From Camelus dromedarius (lineage: Eukaryota): a stretch of 64,000 nucleotides of DNA. Below are positions 1 through 11,498 of the stretch, one piece after another (within the stretch, counting starts at the first letter, position 1; every line of letters starts with the position of its first letter). A program made the translations under genes and the position numbers. The notes beneath the pieces were generated by a model that was given only the letters and a program-made list of their open reading frames with translations, did no database searches and was not told the origin of the DNA. The DNA is taken from the NCBI RefSeq assembly GCF_036321535.1, contig NC_087436.1, positions 101,434,001 through 101,498,000 of the forward strand, in the 5' to 3' direction.

Positions 1-2124
1 TACATGATCCATTTTATTCTGTTGTCTAATGCAGACTTTATACGACTAGTCAAGAAACAAAACCAATCTTACCCGTTCACTGTTGTGCTGGAAGTTTTAA
101 CAATTCATAAACATATGCATTTTCTTATAAGTAGTCACTGTATACGTGTGTGTATGTCCTTGTATGCTTATTAATCAAACACAATAACAGTCAAAAACCT
201 GCAGCTGGAATTACAAGTTGGTACAACTGTTTAAGAGAACAGTTTAGCAATGTGCATGATAAAGATTTCAAAGCAATTCTAATGCAAGGAGTTACCCCTT
301 AGGAAAGTTATTTGTGCATAGGAAAACTATAAACAAAGTAATTGCCAAACCACTAAGGATTATAAATTACATGCATCCATATAATAGAATACTATAAAAC
401 AAAGCCTTTATTTATTGACATTATTACTACATTTCATTATTAATGAAACTATGTCAATTACATACCATTTAATGAAAAAAGCAGGTCACTAAAAAGTGTT
501 TAGACTATCTTCACACATATATATATATATAAAAGAGTATCTGGGTATACTCATGGATACTTTTTAAATTAGAAAATGCAGATACATCAATATTTTAGTT
601 TTTATGGGTTTTATATGTTTAAATTTATATCATATTTGGATTTATATATTATTTTTAATGAGAAAATTTATAATCAGACTAAAAGTAAAATTATTTTTGG
701 CATATACCCAGGTATTTTAATTTCTAAAATGTTTGGCAAATTTATATAAATCAAAATGCTTTTTTTACTAAGTTCATAATTTAAAAACAAAATGACTTCA
801 TATATTACCAGGTTATCAAAGTTTATGTTGTGAAACCATTTATCATAAATATTAGGGCAGATAATTGAAAATAAGTATTTCATCTGGTTAACTGGAATTT
901 GTTAAAGAAGTAAAATGTTAAAAAAAAATAGCCAGCAAATTCAATTAAGTAGGAAAATAGACATTCTATGAACAGAATAGTGATAGTACTACAAGCTACC
1001 CAATAAGAGAGTCAGAAAGTACATTTATGGATTCTCTGAACTCCTTTGATGGTTTATTACTTTACTTAGAATTGAGCATTTGCAATTAGAGAGCACATGT
1101 TATTAACTCCCTTGGGGAATAAGAGATGGGGAGTATGGAGGTTTATATGTCATCAGACAAACATCATCTCCTACCCATCTTTCTCTTGCACTGAATTCCA
1201 GGTTCCTCAGGGTCAGGAACTCCTTCAGTTACTTCTCTGTGACCTCAGATCTAAGACAGTGCTTGATATATGATAAATATTCTCTATCTACTGTGAGTAA
1301 TGTGTAAGTGAATAAATAAATATACGAGCAAAGATTCTTTGAATATCAAAACTGGAGCAAGAAAACACTATGAAGAAGATGGCGGATGGAGATGAGGGTA
1401 TTTGTTCTTTACAAGAGCCTTTATGGTTTAATAATTCAGTCTGATTTGCTTCTTGAAATCATCTCCTGATTCTGTAGCAAAAGCATTCTTTTTCATTTGT
1501 TCCGTGTCCAGTATGGGACACGACCAATAATGATAGCTGGAAAAGACTTGGAAAGAAATCAAAGGGATGGCATGCAATTAATTCTCTATAATGAGAATTG
1601 AAGAAAAGGAGAGAAGAGGAATTCTAGACCTTGAAAGAGAGAAGGCTGTATGATAGTTAATTAATGATTTTCATGGGTTCAAACAGTCAAATTAGGAAAA
1701 CAGTTCTTTGAGCTGAGTAGAAAATAATGTGAGTAATGTTGATTAAAGTAGCATTTTGTAAGATATGAATATGTTAGTGTTCCATCGATAAAAGATGGTA
1801 GACTTGAAGGATTTATAAAACAATGTGTTCAAAAACATTATTAATTTTTACCTTTTTTTTTCCTTTTCTCCCATCTTGTATTGCACAGATTTCACAAATA
1901 ACTGCCAAGTCTTGGTTTCTGTGTTAGAAAAAAAAATAAATTCTTATTTGACAACTGGATATACCCAAAATAGTGCCATCTGATAAAAGAAATCAGAAAT
2001 GGCTTTTTAATATTATAATTCTGTGATTAATTTATAGGAAGATAGTCTTTTAGTTTCACAAAGGTGATAATTAAATAGTTACTGATCACTGACTTCTTTC
2101 AGAGGCAATTTACTATTCTTGGCT

Positions 2125-2405
2125 CTATAAAGTCAGATCTGGTTCTCTGATTTCTTAGCTGTGTAACCTTGGTCTGATAGGTTAACCTCTCTGTTCCTGA
2201 GTTTCCTCATCTGTAAAATGAGAATATATACATACATATATATGGATATGATAGATACATACATATATATGGATATGATAGGTATGATAGGATATGATAG
2301 GTATATATATATATATATATATATCCAGCAGTAATATGTAGAAAGTCCTTAGAACATTTCCTGAGACAAGTCAGTAGTATTTATTTGTTAGTGATTTTTA
2401 TTATA
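2125..2405 (+). mobile_element. MIR SINE interrupted by a TA/ATATG-type microsatellite
   Basis: MIR core 'agctgtgtaaccttgg...ttaacctctctgttcctgagtttcctcatctgtaaaatg'; simple repeat at about 2226-2323. Confidence 0.75.
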
Positions 2406-2439
2406 ATATTTTAGTCTTCTCCCTAATTACATTATATAT

Positions 2440-2580
2440 TTAATCTCATGTATTTCAGTCTTACATTACAGATGAGGGAATCGAAGCTAGCACTGGTTAA
2501 ATGGTATGGGTTTAGTCATAACCATTAGACTAGAGTCTGAATTCCAATTTTAGTCTTATTTCAAACATGAGCATTTTATA
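2440..2580 (-). mobile_element. MIR fragment
   Basis: 'cattacagatgagggaatcgaagct...ggttaaatg' resembles the reverse complement of the MIR core. Confidence 0.5.
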
Positions 2581-2691
2581 CTTTGTAAGTATGCTTTTTA
2601 TCATAAACTTTCACCCTTTTCTTTTAAAGTCAGCATTTTTTTTTCTGATCCAAAAAGGATTTTATGTTATATTAAGATTAAATAATATCTT

Positions 2692-4927
2692 TTTTTTGTT
2701 TTGTTTTTTTGTTTTTTGTTTTTAACATTTTTTATTGATTTATAATCATTTTACAATATTGTGTCAAATTCCAGTGTTCAGCACAATTTTTCAGTTATTC
2801 ATGGACATATACACACTCATTGTCACATTTTTTTCTCTGTGAGTTATCATAACATTTTGTGTATATTTCCCTGTGCTATACAGTGTAGTCTATTCTACAA
2901 TTTTGAAATCCCAGTCTATCCCTTCCCAACCTCCACCCCCCTGGTAACCACAAGTCTGTATTCTCTGTCTGTGAGTCTATTTCTGTCCTTTATTTACGCT
3001 TTGTTTTTGTTTGTTTGTTTGTTTTTGTTTTTGTTTTTTAGATTCCACATATGAGCGATCTCATACGGTATTTTTCTTTCTCTTTCTGGCTTACTTCACT
3101 TAGAATGACATTCTCCAGGAGCATCCATGTTGCTGCAAATGGCATTATGTTGTCAGTTTTTATGGCTGAGTAGTATTCCATTGTATAAATATACCACCTC
3201 TTCTTTATCCAGTCACCTGTTGATGGACATTTAGGCTGTTTCCATGTTTTGGCTATTGTAAATAGTGCTGCTATGAACATTGGGGTGCAGGTGTCATTCT
3301 GAAGTAGATTTCCTTCTGGATACAAGCCCAGGAGTGGGATTCCTGGGTCATATGGTAAGTCTATTCCTAGTCTTTTGAGGAATCTCCACACTGTTTTCCA
3401 TAGTGGCTGCACCAAACTGCATTCCCACCAGCAGTGTAGGAGGGTTCCCCTTTCTCCACAGCCTCTCCAGCATTTGTCATTTGTGGATTTTTGAATGACG
3501 GCCATTCTGACTGGTGTGAGGTGATACCTCATTGTAGTTTTGATTTGCATTTCTCTGATAATTAGTGATATTGAGCATTTTTTTCATGTGCTTTTTGATC
3601 ATTTGTATGTCTTCCTTGGAGAATTGCTTGTTTAGGTCTTCTGCCCATTTTTGGATTGGGTTGTTTATTTTTTTCTTATTGAGTCGTATGAGCTGCTTAT
3701 ATATTCTGGAGATCAAGCCTTTGTCGGTTTCACTTGCAAAAATTTTCTCCCATTCCGTAGGCTTTCTTCTTGTTTTATTTCTGGTTTCCTTTGCTGTGCA
3801 GAAGCTTGTAAGTTTCATTAGGTCCCATTTGTTTATTCTTGCTTTTATTTCTTCTAGGAGAAAATTTTTGAAATGTATGTCAGATAATGTTTTGCCTATG
3901 TTTTCCTCTAGGAGGTTTATTGTATCTTGTCTTATGTTTAAGTCTTTAATCCATTTTGAGTTGATTTTTGTATATGGTGTAAGGGAGTGTTCTAGCTTCA
4001 TTGTTTTACATGCTGCTGTCCAGTTTTCCCAACACCATTTGCTGAAGAGACTGTCTTTATTCCAATGTATATTCTTGCCTCCTTTGTCAAAGATGAGTTG
4101 ACCAAAAGTTTGTGGGTTCATTTCTGGGCTCTCTATTCTGTTCCATTGGTCTATATGTCTGTTTTGGTACCAATACCATGCTGTCTTGATGACTGTAGCT
4201 CTATAGTATTGTCTGAAGTCTGGGAGAGTTATTCCTCCAGCCTCTTTCTTTCTCTTCAGTAATGCTTTGGCAATTCTAGGTCTTTGATGGTTCCATATGA
4301 ATTTTATTATGATTTTTTCTAGTTCTGTGAAATATGTCCTGGGTAATTGGATAGGGACTGTATTAAATCTGTAGATTGCCTTGGGCAGTGTGACCATTTT
4401 AACAATATTGATTCTTCCAATCCAAGAGCATGGAATATCTTTCCATTTTTTAAAGTCTTCTTTAATTTCCTTCATCAATGGTTTATAGTTTTCTGTGTAT
4501 AATTCTTTCACCTCCTTGGTTAGATTTATTCCCAGAAATTTTATTACTTTGGGTGCTATTTTAAAGGGGATTGTTTCTTTACTTTCTTCTTCTGTTGATT
4601 TATCGTTAGTGTAAAGAAATGCAACTGATTTTTGAACGTTAATTTTGTAACCTGCTACCTTGCTGAATTCTTCAATCAGCTCTAGTAGCTTTTGTGTGGA
4701 CCTTTTAGGGTTTTCTATATATAGTAACATGTCATCAGCATATAATGACACTTTTACCTCTTCTTTTCCAATTTGGATCCCTTTTATTTCTTTCTCTTGC
4801 CTGACTGCTGTGGCTAGGACTTCCAGGACTATGTTGAATAGGAGTGGTGATAGTGGGCATCCTTGTCTTGTCCCAGATTTTAGTGGGAAGCTTTTGAGTT
4901 TTTCACCATTGAGTACTATGCTGGTTG
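2692..4927 (-). mobile_element. Young 5'-truncated LINE-1 (about 2.24 kb) with 3' UTR, A-rich tail and 19-bp TSD
   Basis: ORF2 homology at 3038-4927; AATAAA on the minus strand near 2731; T-rich tail at about 2692-2722; identical flanks TAAGATTAAATAATATCTT at 2673-2691 and 4928-4946. Confidence 0.97.
3038..4927 (-). pseudogene. L1 ORF2p C-terminal half (partial reverse transcriptase plus Cys-rich C-terminal domain), 5'-truncated, one frameshift
   Basis: ORF 3477..5024 contains [17 protein letters not shown] and [12 protein letters not shown] 3038..3550 contains [18 protein letters not shown]; the frames join if the T7 run at 3578-3584 is read as T6; the N-terminal ~32 aa of the listed ORF come from flanking DNA. 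Confidence 0.95.
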
Positions 4928-6049
4928 TAAGATTAAATAATATCTTGACTGCTGTAAAGTACTCTGAATCACTCAAAGAGAAGCATGAAATTATTACTGG
5001 GTGGAACTTCCCAGTAAATATCAAATTCCTCCATCTACAATCTAAGGCTTTACTTGATAAGCATTAACTTCTTTTAGAGGGTCTAGAAAAAAACAAATCT
5101 TAAAAAGAATGCTAATTTCTACAATGATTCCAGCTGTTTTCCTATGAAACTAACCCATTCCTGCATATATCATAGAAAATCAATTTGCCACTCGATCATA
5201 ATAAACTTGATATCTAATTTTTCAAATAATTGACCAAGTTAAACCTTTGACATGTCTGTGACTGCTGTGTTACCAATGAAGTGTAGCCGATCAAAGTTAT
5301 ATCACCAAGCATGGCATATTAATTAAATTTTACTAAGCAGTTTTGACTTCATTACTGAGAAGAGTGTTTCTCTATCTGCTGATATTTTTAAGACGAAAAA
5401 ACATAAAGATCCCATATTTGGGTAGGACTTTTTATTGAAATTCCTTTTCTACTGCTAAGTGTATGCTGTTTGTGTTCAATATGAGAAAATAAAACCCACA
5501 AACCAGAATTTGTCTGAGATCAGCTAAATGTGACATAATCAAAAAACACATTATTGTCTGAAATGATACTGGAATTACTTTGGGAATTACATTAAGATTC
5601 CCACCCAAATAAAAGAAGAGATATTCAAAAACTATTCTTTACTATGAGTCATCTTCTTTGTCATCCCTGTTAATGTAAATTAGGCACATAGCTGTGCAGT
5701 GAGTAGGGTCGGTCAGTGTGACAGGTTTAGGTCCTGGGGGCCATTTGAGTCATGAGATTTGCATAAGTAATATGTGGAAAAAAATGCAGTCATGTGTAAA
5801 ATAAAATTCACCATACATTTGACAGGAATAGGTTGGGAAGGTATTTTTGTGTATTTATTTTTTTGGTTTTTTGTCTGAATTGATCACTGATAACAACGTA
5901 TGCATTTTAAATAGAGGTGCCAGGTACTCAGAAAGTAATGTTTATCGATTGACTGACAGAATGACTGTGTAACTGACAGAACTATTTTTCCTTCACTCTT
6001 TGCCCACCATTATTAACACTTATGTTCACACACCAGATTTTATCATATG

Positions 6050-6290
6050 TATTATTTTGTCTTATTTTTCCCCAGTTTGTGGTCTATCATAGGCATTATT
6101 CTGTACCAATATATAGAATTCTGCCTAATTATTTTAAAATTTGAACAATATTTCCTGTTTGAACATACACTTTTAATTCAAATAGCTTTTTATTGATGAG
6201 CACCCCTGAGGCTGGCTTCCTTTCTTCCTTTCTTTCTTTGCCATTGCAAATAATGTGGCAACAACATCCTGGTATATGTATCATTTTTGA
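6050..6290 (-). mobile_element. Old L1 (L1M-type) 3' fragment
   Basis: Degenerate 'ttgccattgcaaataatgtggcaacaacatcctggtatatgtatc' motif of L1 3' ends. Confidence 0.5.
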
Positions 6291-6519
6291 GGAATAGTAG
6301 CATTTTTGCTTAGACCCACTTGGACCATGTTTTGACTAGACTTTTACTCCTTTAGCAACTTTAAAATCTGAATGAACTGATTTGGGTCTAACTCCCTTCC
6401 CTCCAGCAGAGTCTCTGAAGGAGAGCTCTGTAGCAGGGGCATGGACGAGACAAACAGGACTACAGGCATGTAAAGAAAGTTGCACGTTCCTTAAAGGTTC
6501 TTAAGAAGGAAGAAGACCA

Positions 6520-6643
6520 GGGGGAGGGTATAGCTTAGTGGTAGAGTGCATGCTTAGTATGCAGGAGATCCTGGGTTCAGGCCCCAGTACCTCCATTACA
6601 GAGAAACAAATGAATAGAGAAACTTAATTATCTCCCTCCCAAA

Positions 6644-6681
<38 letters not shown>

Positions 6682-6696
6682 TTAAAAAATTAAAAA
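6520..6696 (+). mobile_element. tRNA-derived SINE, camelid Vic-1-like, with (AAAT)n tail
   Basis: Head GGGGGAGGGTATAGCTTAGTGGTAGAGTGCATGCTTAG (A box); degenerate B box GGTTCAGGCCC; 17-bp TSD AAGAAG[G/A]AAGAAGACCA at 6503-6519 and 6697-6713; TT/AAGA target. Confidence 0.9.
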
Positions 6697-7399
6697 AAGA
6701 AGAAAGAAGACCACTTTATTACTGCACTTAGAGTTTTTTAATGTTAATACATTCATTCTATGACAACAAAATAAGGTGTACATAGAAATGCTCAAATAAT
6801 ATATTTTTAAAGAATACTGCCATAAAATGCATAAGACGTGAACTACATGAGCTGTAGAAATCCCATTACTATCCTAAGAAACAACTGTAGCCCTTAAGTG
6901 GGTACAGAATGGCATAATAAAAACCACAAAAAATATGTACTCTGAATCAAAACTGAAAATTCTCTGGGTTTCTGTTTTCATATGCAGATAAAATGTGGTA
7001 ATAGTGCTGGCGCCAAGGATGGTATCTGGCATAGATTAGGCACTCAGTAGCTATTTATTAGTGAATATCTAGAGTGCTAGAAAATAGTACGTTGAAAGTG
7101 TCAAGATTCCCCAAACCAGATACTTATAAACTGCTAGCTCTTACGACAATAGTGTGTTCATCTTGAATTAGCCTTTTTTAGTTGGAGGAATGGTAATTAG
7201 TACCCATCTATTACTCATCTGTAATAACAACATAGATGTGATTCAGAATTCATAGTATTCAATCATTTTATCTAAAGGCACTTTCTTACTGACTAATGGA
7301 AATGAAGCATTTTCTTTTAAATCTAAATTCTTGGCCCTGTGTCTAAATAATATATGTACGAACAAAGTAAAACATATGGTCTTTACCTAAAACTCTTAT

Positions 7400-7468
7400 T
7401 CTTGCTCCTCTATTACTGTTGAACTTCCAGCCCTACAATTCTTTGACTTCTTGAGAACTCTATAGGTC

Positions 7469-7505
<37 letters not shown>

Positions 7506-7990
7506 ACCCCACTACTTCCCTTCATTTGCTTCTTATGCAGCTTGGATCTCATGGTTCATTATTATTATTCATTCCTGTCCCAACATCATCTCCTCACTAT
7601 TCTCTTTCTTCCTGTATCATATACACTTGACAAAACTCAAACCGTTGTTTAGACTAAGAAATGCCTTCTCTGTTCCTGAAGAGAAGCAGCAGAAAACTGA
7701 TGCAGTATATCAAATGGATGAGGCTGATTGGCTGTCCTGAAAATTAGTGAATATTAACTCTACATGGAATCTAACCCTGCTTAGAAAATAGCTTAGTTTG
7801 TTCTTAAATCTATCCTTCCCACTCCTCTCTCCTCCCAAGTGGTTTTGCCTCACCTGTGCTGACAAGTCAGAAGATACAAATTGGAATTTCTCCGTCTTCC
7901 CATCACCAGATCTGTATGGTCCAGATTTCACCTGTACCCATCCTCTTCCTCTTCATCTCACAATATTCCTCTTCCTGTGAAAGATCCAGG
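7400..7990 (+). mobile_element. L2 LINE fragment (degenerate)
   Basis: CT-rich tract with L2-like phrases such as 'ggcaaaactcaaacc' variants and 'cttggatctcatggttcattattat'. Confidence 0.4.
7471..7502. repeat. Poly(T)32 homopolymer
   Basis: Direct count of the run. Confidence 0.95.
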
Positions 7991-8012
7991 CCTTCTTTTA
8001 AACTTGAAAGTC

Positions 8013-8065
8013 TTGCTAGTTCTTAAAGTGTGGTCCAGGAACCAACAGCAGTGACATTACGTGAG
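8013..8065 (+). mobile_element. MER5A/MER5A1-like hAT MITE, left portion only
   Basis: 'gttcttaaagtgtggtccaggaaccaacagcagtgacattacgtgag' matches roughly the first 50 nt of MER5A-type elements. Confidence 0.65.
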
Positions 8066-8853
8066 TTATAATGCCATTTGGATTGGAAAGCTGGTTCATA
8101 TCAGTCTTACATCAACATAATTAGTGTATTTTAAGCTGCCACAAACTTGTAGGGATATTGCAGAATAAAAAATAGAAGACCACTCTCTTTGAGGTTGTCA
8201 GACTTGCAGAATAAATAACAATTAAAAACAAATTGAAGAAAACACCCAGCTAGTGGTTTATGGCTTGTTTTCTTTGTATTTTAAATGACGAGATTGCATT
8301 AGATCACTTCTAATAGCTTGGCCTTTAGACTTTTCTGAGCTGAAGCCCTGGGATTCTGAAAGACTAAAAAAAAAGTGGCATATAAGTTATCGATTTAAGA
8401 TGGAAGCTCCAAGAAGACAAGCACTCTTCGTTTTCATTTGCTGCTGTATCTGCACCACCTAGAATGATGCCTTACATACAATGAGCATTATATAGTTTGA
8501 AATGAAACTCTGAGAGAGACAGCATCAATAAAAACAAATTAAAGAAAAAAAATTTTTATGTTGTACTTTTAAATTAAGGGAAAAAAAAGAGTGTTGTTGA
8601 GGGTCACCCCCATCTGTTTCTCCACTGATGCCTCTCCCTTGGTGAAGAGTGAAAATTTTCCCAGTGTTTTGACCCATCTATATTTTGTGAGGACACCAAG
8701 GGAGAAGTAATGATTTTTCCTAATTGTTGGAAAACTGACATACTCTTGGCTCCCTTTCTCTACTCAGTTGGGTTTATGAGTGAAAGGTCAATATTCATAC
8801 ACTGACAAGACGTATTGACTTTAGCTCTCTACTAACTCAGCTCTTGTTTTCAG

Positions 8854-8920
8854 CTGGACCTGCCTGAGCCCAGGGACCGTGAATTCTAACAGTTCCTGTT
8901 TTCCTGTAAAAGGCTACTAG
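8854..8920 (+). other. Candidate 67-nt spliced exon (probably non-coding)
   Basis: TACTAAC at 8830-8836; pyrimidine tract plus CAG at 8841-8853; donor TAG|GTAAGA at 8920/8921; stop codons in all three frames. Confidence 0.35.
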
Positions 8921-9799
8921 GTAAGATTTTTTCTGCTTCACATGGATGGGTAAAATGAGGTTGACTCTTAGATTCTTGGATGTATTTAGTGTAGTGAAAG
9001 GAGGCTAAGCAGTACTGTTTCATCCAGAATTTTTCAGAAAGCTCTCCATATTGACTGTTTAGGTAAACTATTATTTTACCTAATAATGTCACTAATTAGA
9101 CTGATGTTTTGATTATTAGTTGGCTGTATATTTGAATCTTCCAAGAGTTAGAATCCAGAACAGAGGAAGAGTAAGTGATGGATTACCATAACTTCTACCA
9201 AGTTTTATTAGATCCGAGACCTCATTTTTGGAGTCATAGCCATGAGACAGAGTCACTATATTTTTACATATGGGTACATTAGGAAAATTCAAGTTGCTAT
9301 ATGGATTTTCTTTCTAAGTTGAAAATGTAGAGATTTCTTCTCCTTTGATTACAGAGGAGGGCTAGCACAAATGCATGCTCTAAAGGATGTTTTTCCCTCA
9401 CAGAGATTCTTGTAATATCCTGTCCTCTGAAGACTAATAACAAACAATGCTCTATGTTCAGGCATAGCGTCAGCATGCAGAGGTGAGATTATGTAACCAG
9501 TTTCTCTTCTCAGTCTACATCTCAGTACTCCCAATTCATTGGCTTCACTAATAGTGGCCATTGTTGAGTTTAACACTTAATAGGATTTTAAAATGGAACA
9601 GAGAAAAATTAAGTGTTAGAAATAAAAGTGTATGAAAGAAACAAGACAAAATCCAAGACTAGATTCTTTCTATTCTACAGCATGAGTTTTAATGACCAGG
9701 AAATATTTAAATGAATAATATCAAGGAAACATCTATAGGCAGATGCTTAGTGTCAGTTTTAGATGGAATTAACAAAGAGATACCATCCTCTTTGTTTTA

Positions 9800-10800
9800 C
9801 TATTACAACAAAGAAATCTGTCCTGAATGAAAGAATGAGAATCACCAGTATCCTTCTTAATAGATACACAAGGAAAAACAAATACTTTGAGTTTGTCTGT
9901 AATTTTGAAGTGACAGTTATAGGCACTTAGCCAGGTCTGAAAGACAACAAGCAGCCCTGTGTCTTCACATACAGTTATGTCATCAAGTAAGGATGACTTA
10001 TTAACCATGAACTTCGTGCAGTAGAGAGAAGAAAATGTGCAAATCAGAAAGTGAAGGCCTATGAAGTAAATCAAAGTAATGCCTTTCTAGTATCAGTGTG
10101 TTGAGGACCCTCCTGGAAACTTGCACTTAAAAGCATGTATAGATGAAGAGCTCCAACAGAATGAATAATGCCAATAGCCAGAAACCAGCTCAAAGATGAA
10201 CAAAGACCCAGCAGCTTTAATAAACAAACCATGTAATTTCAAGTTTGTGACAATTGGGGAAGTCTTGTGGTCCAACAAGCACACAGGCTGTGCAGGATGA
10301 CAGGATTTAAGGCAGGCGAGGGAATTGCTATAATGAAGCCTCATCATTTGGCATAAAGTAAAAGTAAACAGGAAGCAACTTCATTAAAAATGCTACCCTA
10401 CCAATCTGGACACAGCAGAGAGCAAAAGCCTGATCTAGAAGTAGACAGTTGTTCAGTGTGGATCAAAATGGGGAACTCGAACAAGCAATGGTGAAAGTAC
10501 CAACAATGGCAACAGCAGAGGAAAAATGTGATGAGTGGAACAACAAAACGTTAATTAAAAAAAAAAATCCACCTGTTTTAGTAAGTCAGCAGCAGAAGAG
10601 AAACTTCTGTGACTGTCAGCAAAATCAGATGGTTTGTATTGATGTTGCTTATATAGTTGCAAATAAAAATAGATCTCATATATGCATGCTGCCGTGTACC
10701 TGTGTCTGTGATCATTTTCTCAAAGATACTAACTGACTTTGGGATATTGAAAGTTTGACAAGAAGTATAGGCTGAGGCAGATAGAAGTTGAAATTTTTAA
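9800..10800 (+). mobile_element. Probable ancient RTE-clade LINE relic (L4/MamRTE-like), endonuclease region
   Basis: ORF 10449..10736 ends NQMVCIDVAYIVANKNRSHI...CVCDHFL, resembling the APE endonuclease motifs (NQ)IDY(I)L...SDH; boundaries uncertain. Confidence 0.4.
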
Positions 10801-11303
10801 GGAAAGATCACCAAGAAAGGGAAACTGAAACTGACAAACACCAAAACAATCACCCACACATGTGCACTCCCAGCTTTCAGATGTTATTTCTTGGCTCGGC
10901 TGTGTGACGTGACAGTGAGACAAGCTCTGTTACACTGGACCGTCTAGATACTCTGGTCTAGTTTTTCTCAACACTGGTAGTAGTAAGCATGAGCTTTGAG
11001 TATTGAAAGGGTAACTGCTATCAAGTGAGGAAAATGAAGATTCGGGGGGAAATAAATCAGTTCACCAAAGCACTGCTCAGCTGAAAAAACTCACTCTCCA
11101 AATACAAGGAGTATTAGTCATTTTGTGCACAGCATCCATTCTTGTATCCTGTCTCTCTCTCTCTCTCTTTTTTTTTTTTTTTAACTTTGGCTACAATTCC
11201 CAACTTTATGGGGAAAGCTACCTCTCTGTGTCTATGATGTTGATAGAACTGTAACTCAGAATACCTACCATACACCTTAATCAAGGACTAGAAACCTAAT
11301 GAA

Positions 11304-11421
11304 AGCTTGTTAGAAACACGGAATCTTAGGCCTCACTCTACCTTTCCTGAATCAAAATCTACATTTTAACAAGATTTCTGGGTGATTCTTATGCACATTA
11401 GAATGGAGAAGTGCTGATCTA
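11304..11421 (+). mobile_element. MER5A1-like hAT MITE, right portion only
   Basis: 'agcttgttagaaac...gaatcttaggcctc...ctgaatcaaaatctacattttaacaagatttctgggtgattcttatgcacattag...gagaagtgctg'. Confidence 0.8.
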
Positions 11422-11498
11422 AAGTAAGTCAATAACACATAGTATTTCAATTCTAAAACACAAGCTATGAAGTTCAGGATGGGATTTCCTCATTATCT

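Noticed and set aside
2226..2323. Repeat array resembling CRISPR or a satellite
   Set aside because: Low-complexity TA/ATATG slippage repeat with no unique spacers, in a mammalian context
3477..5024. 515-aa reverse transcriptase ORF as a host gene or novel RT system
   Set aside because: It is ordinary 5'-truncated L1 ORF2 bounded by a TSD; the start lies in flanking DNA, and the endonuclease and ORF1 are absent
3565..5067. Plus-strand ORFs of 178, 65 and 135 aa with hydrophobic, membrane-like composition
   Set aside because: They are antisense shadows of the A-rich L1 ORF2 and have no independent gene signals
6520..6595. tRNA gene
   Set aside because: The tRNA-like head has a degenerate B box and is followed by a SINE body, A-rich tail and TSD
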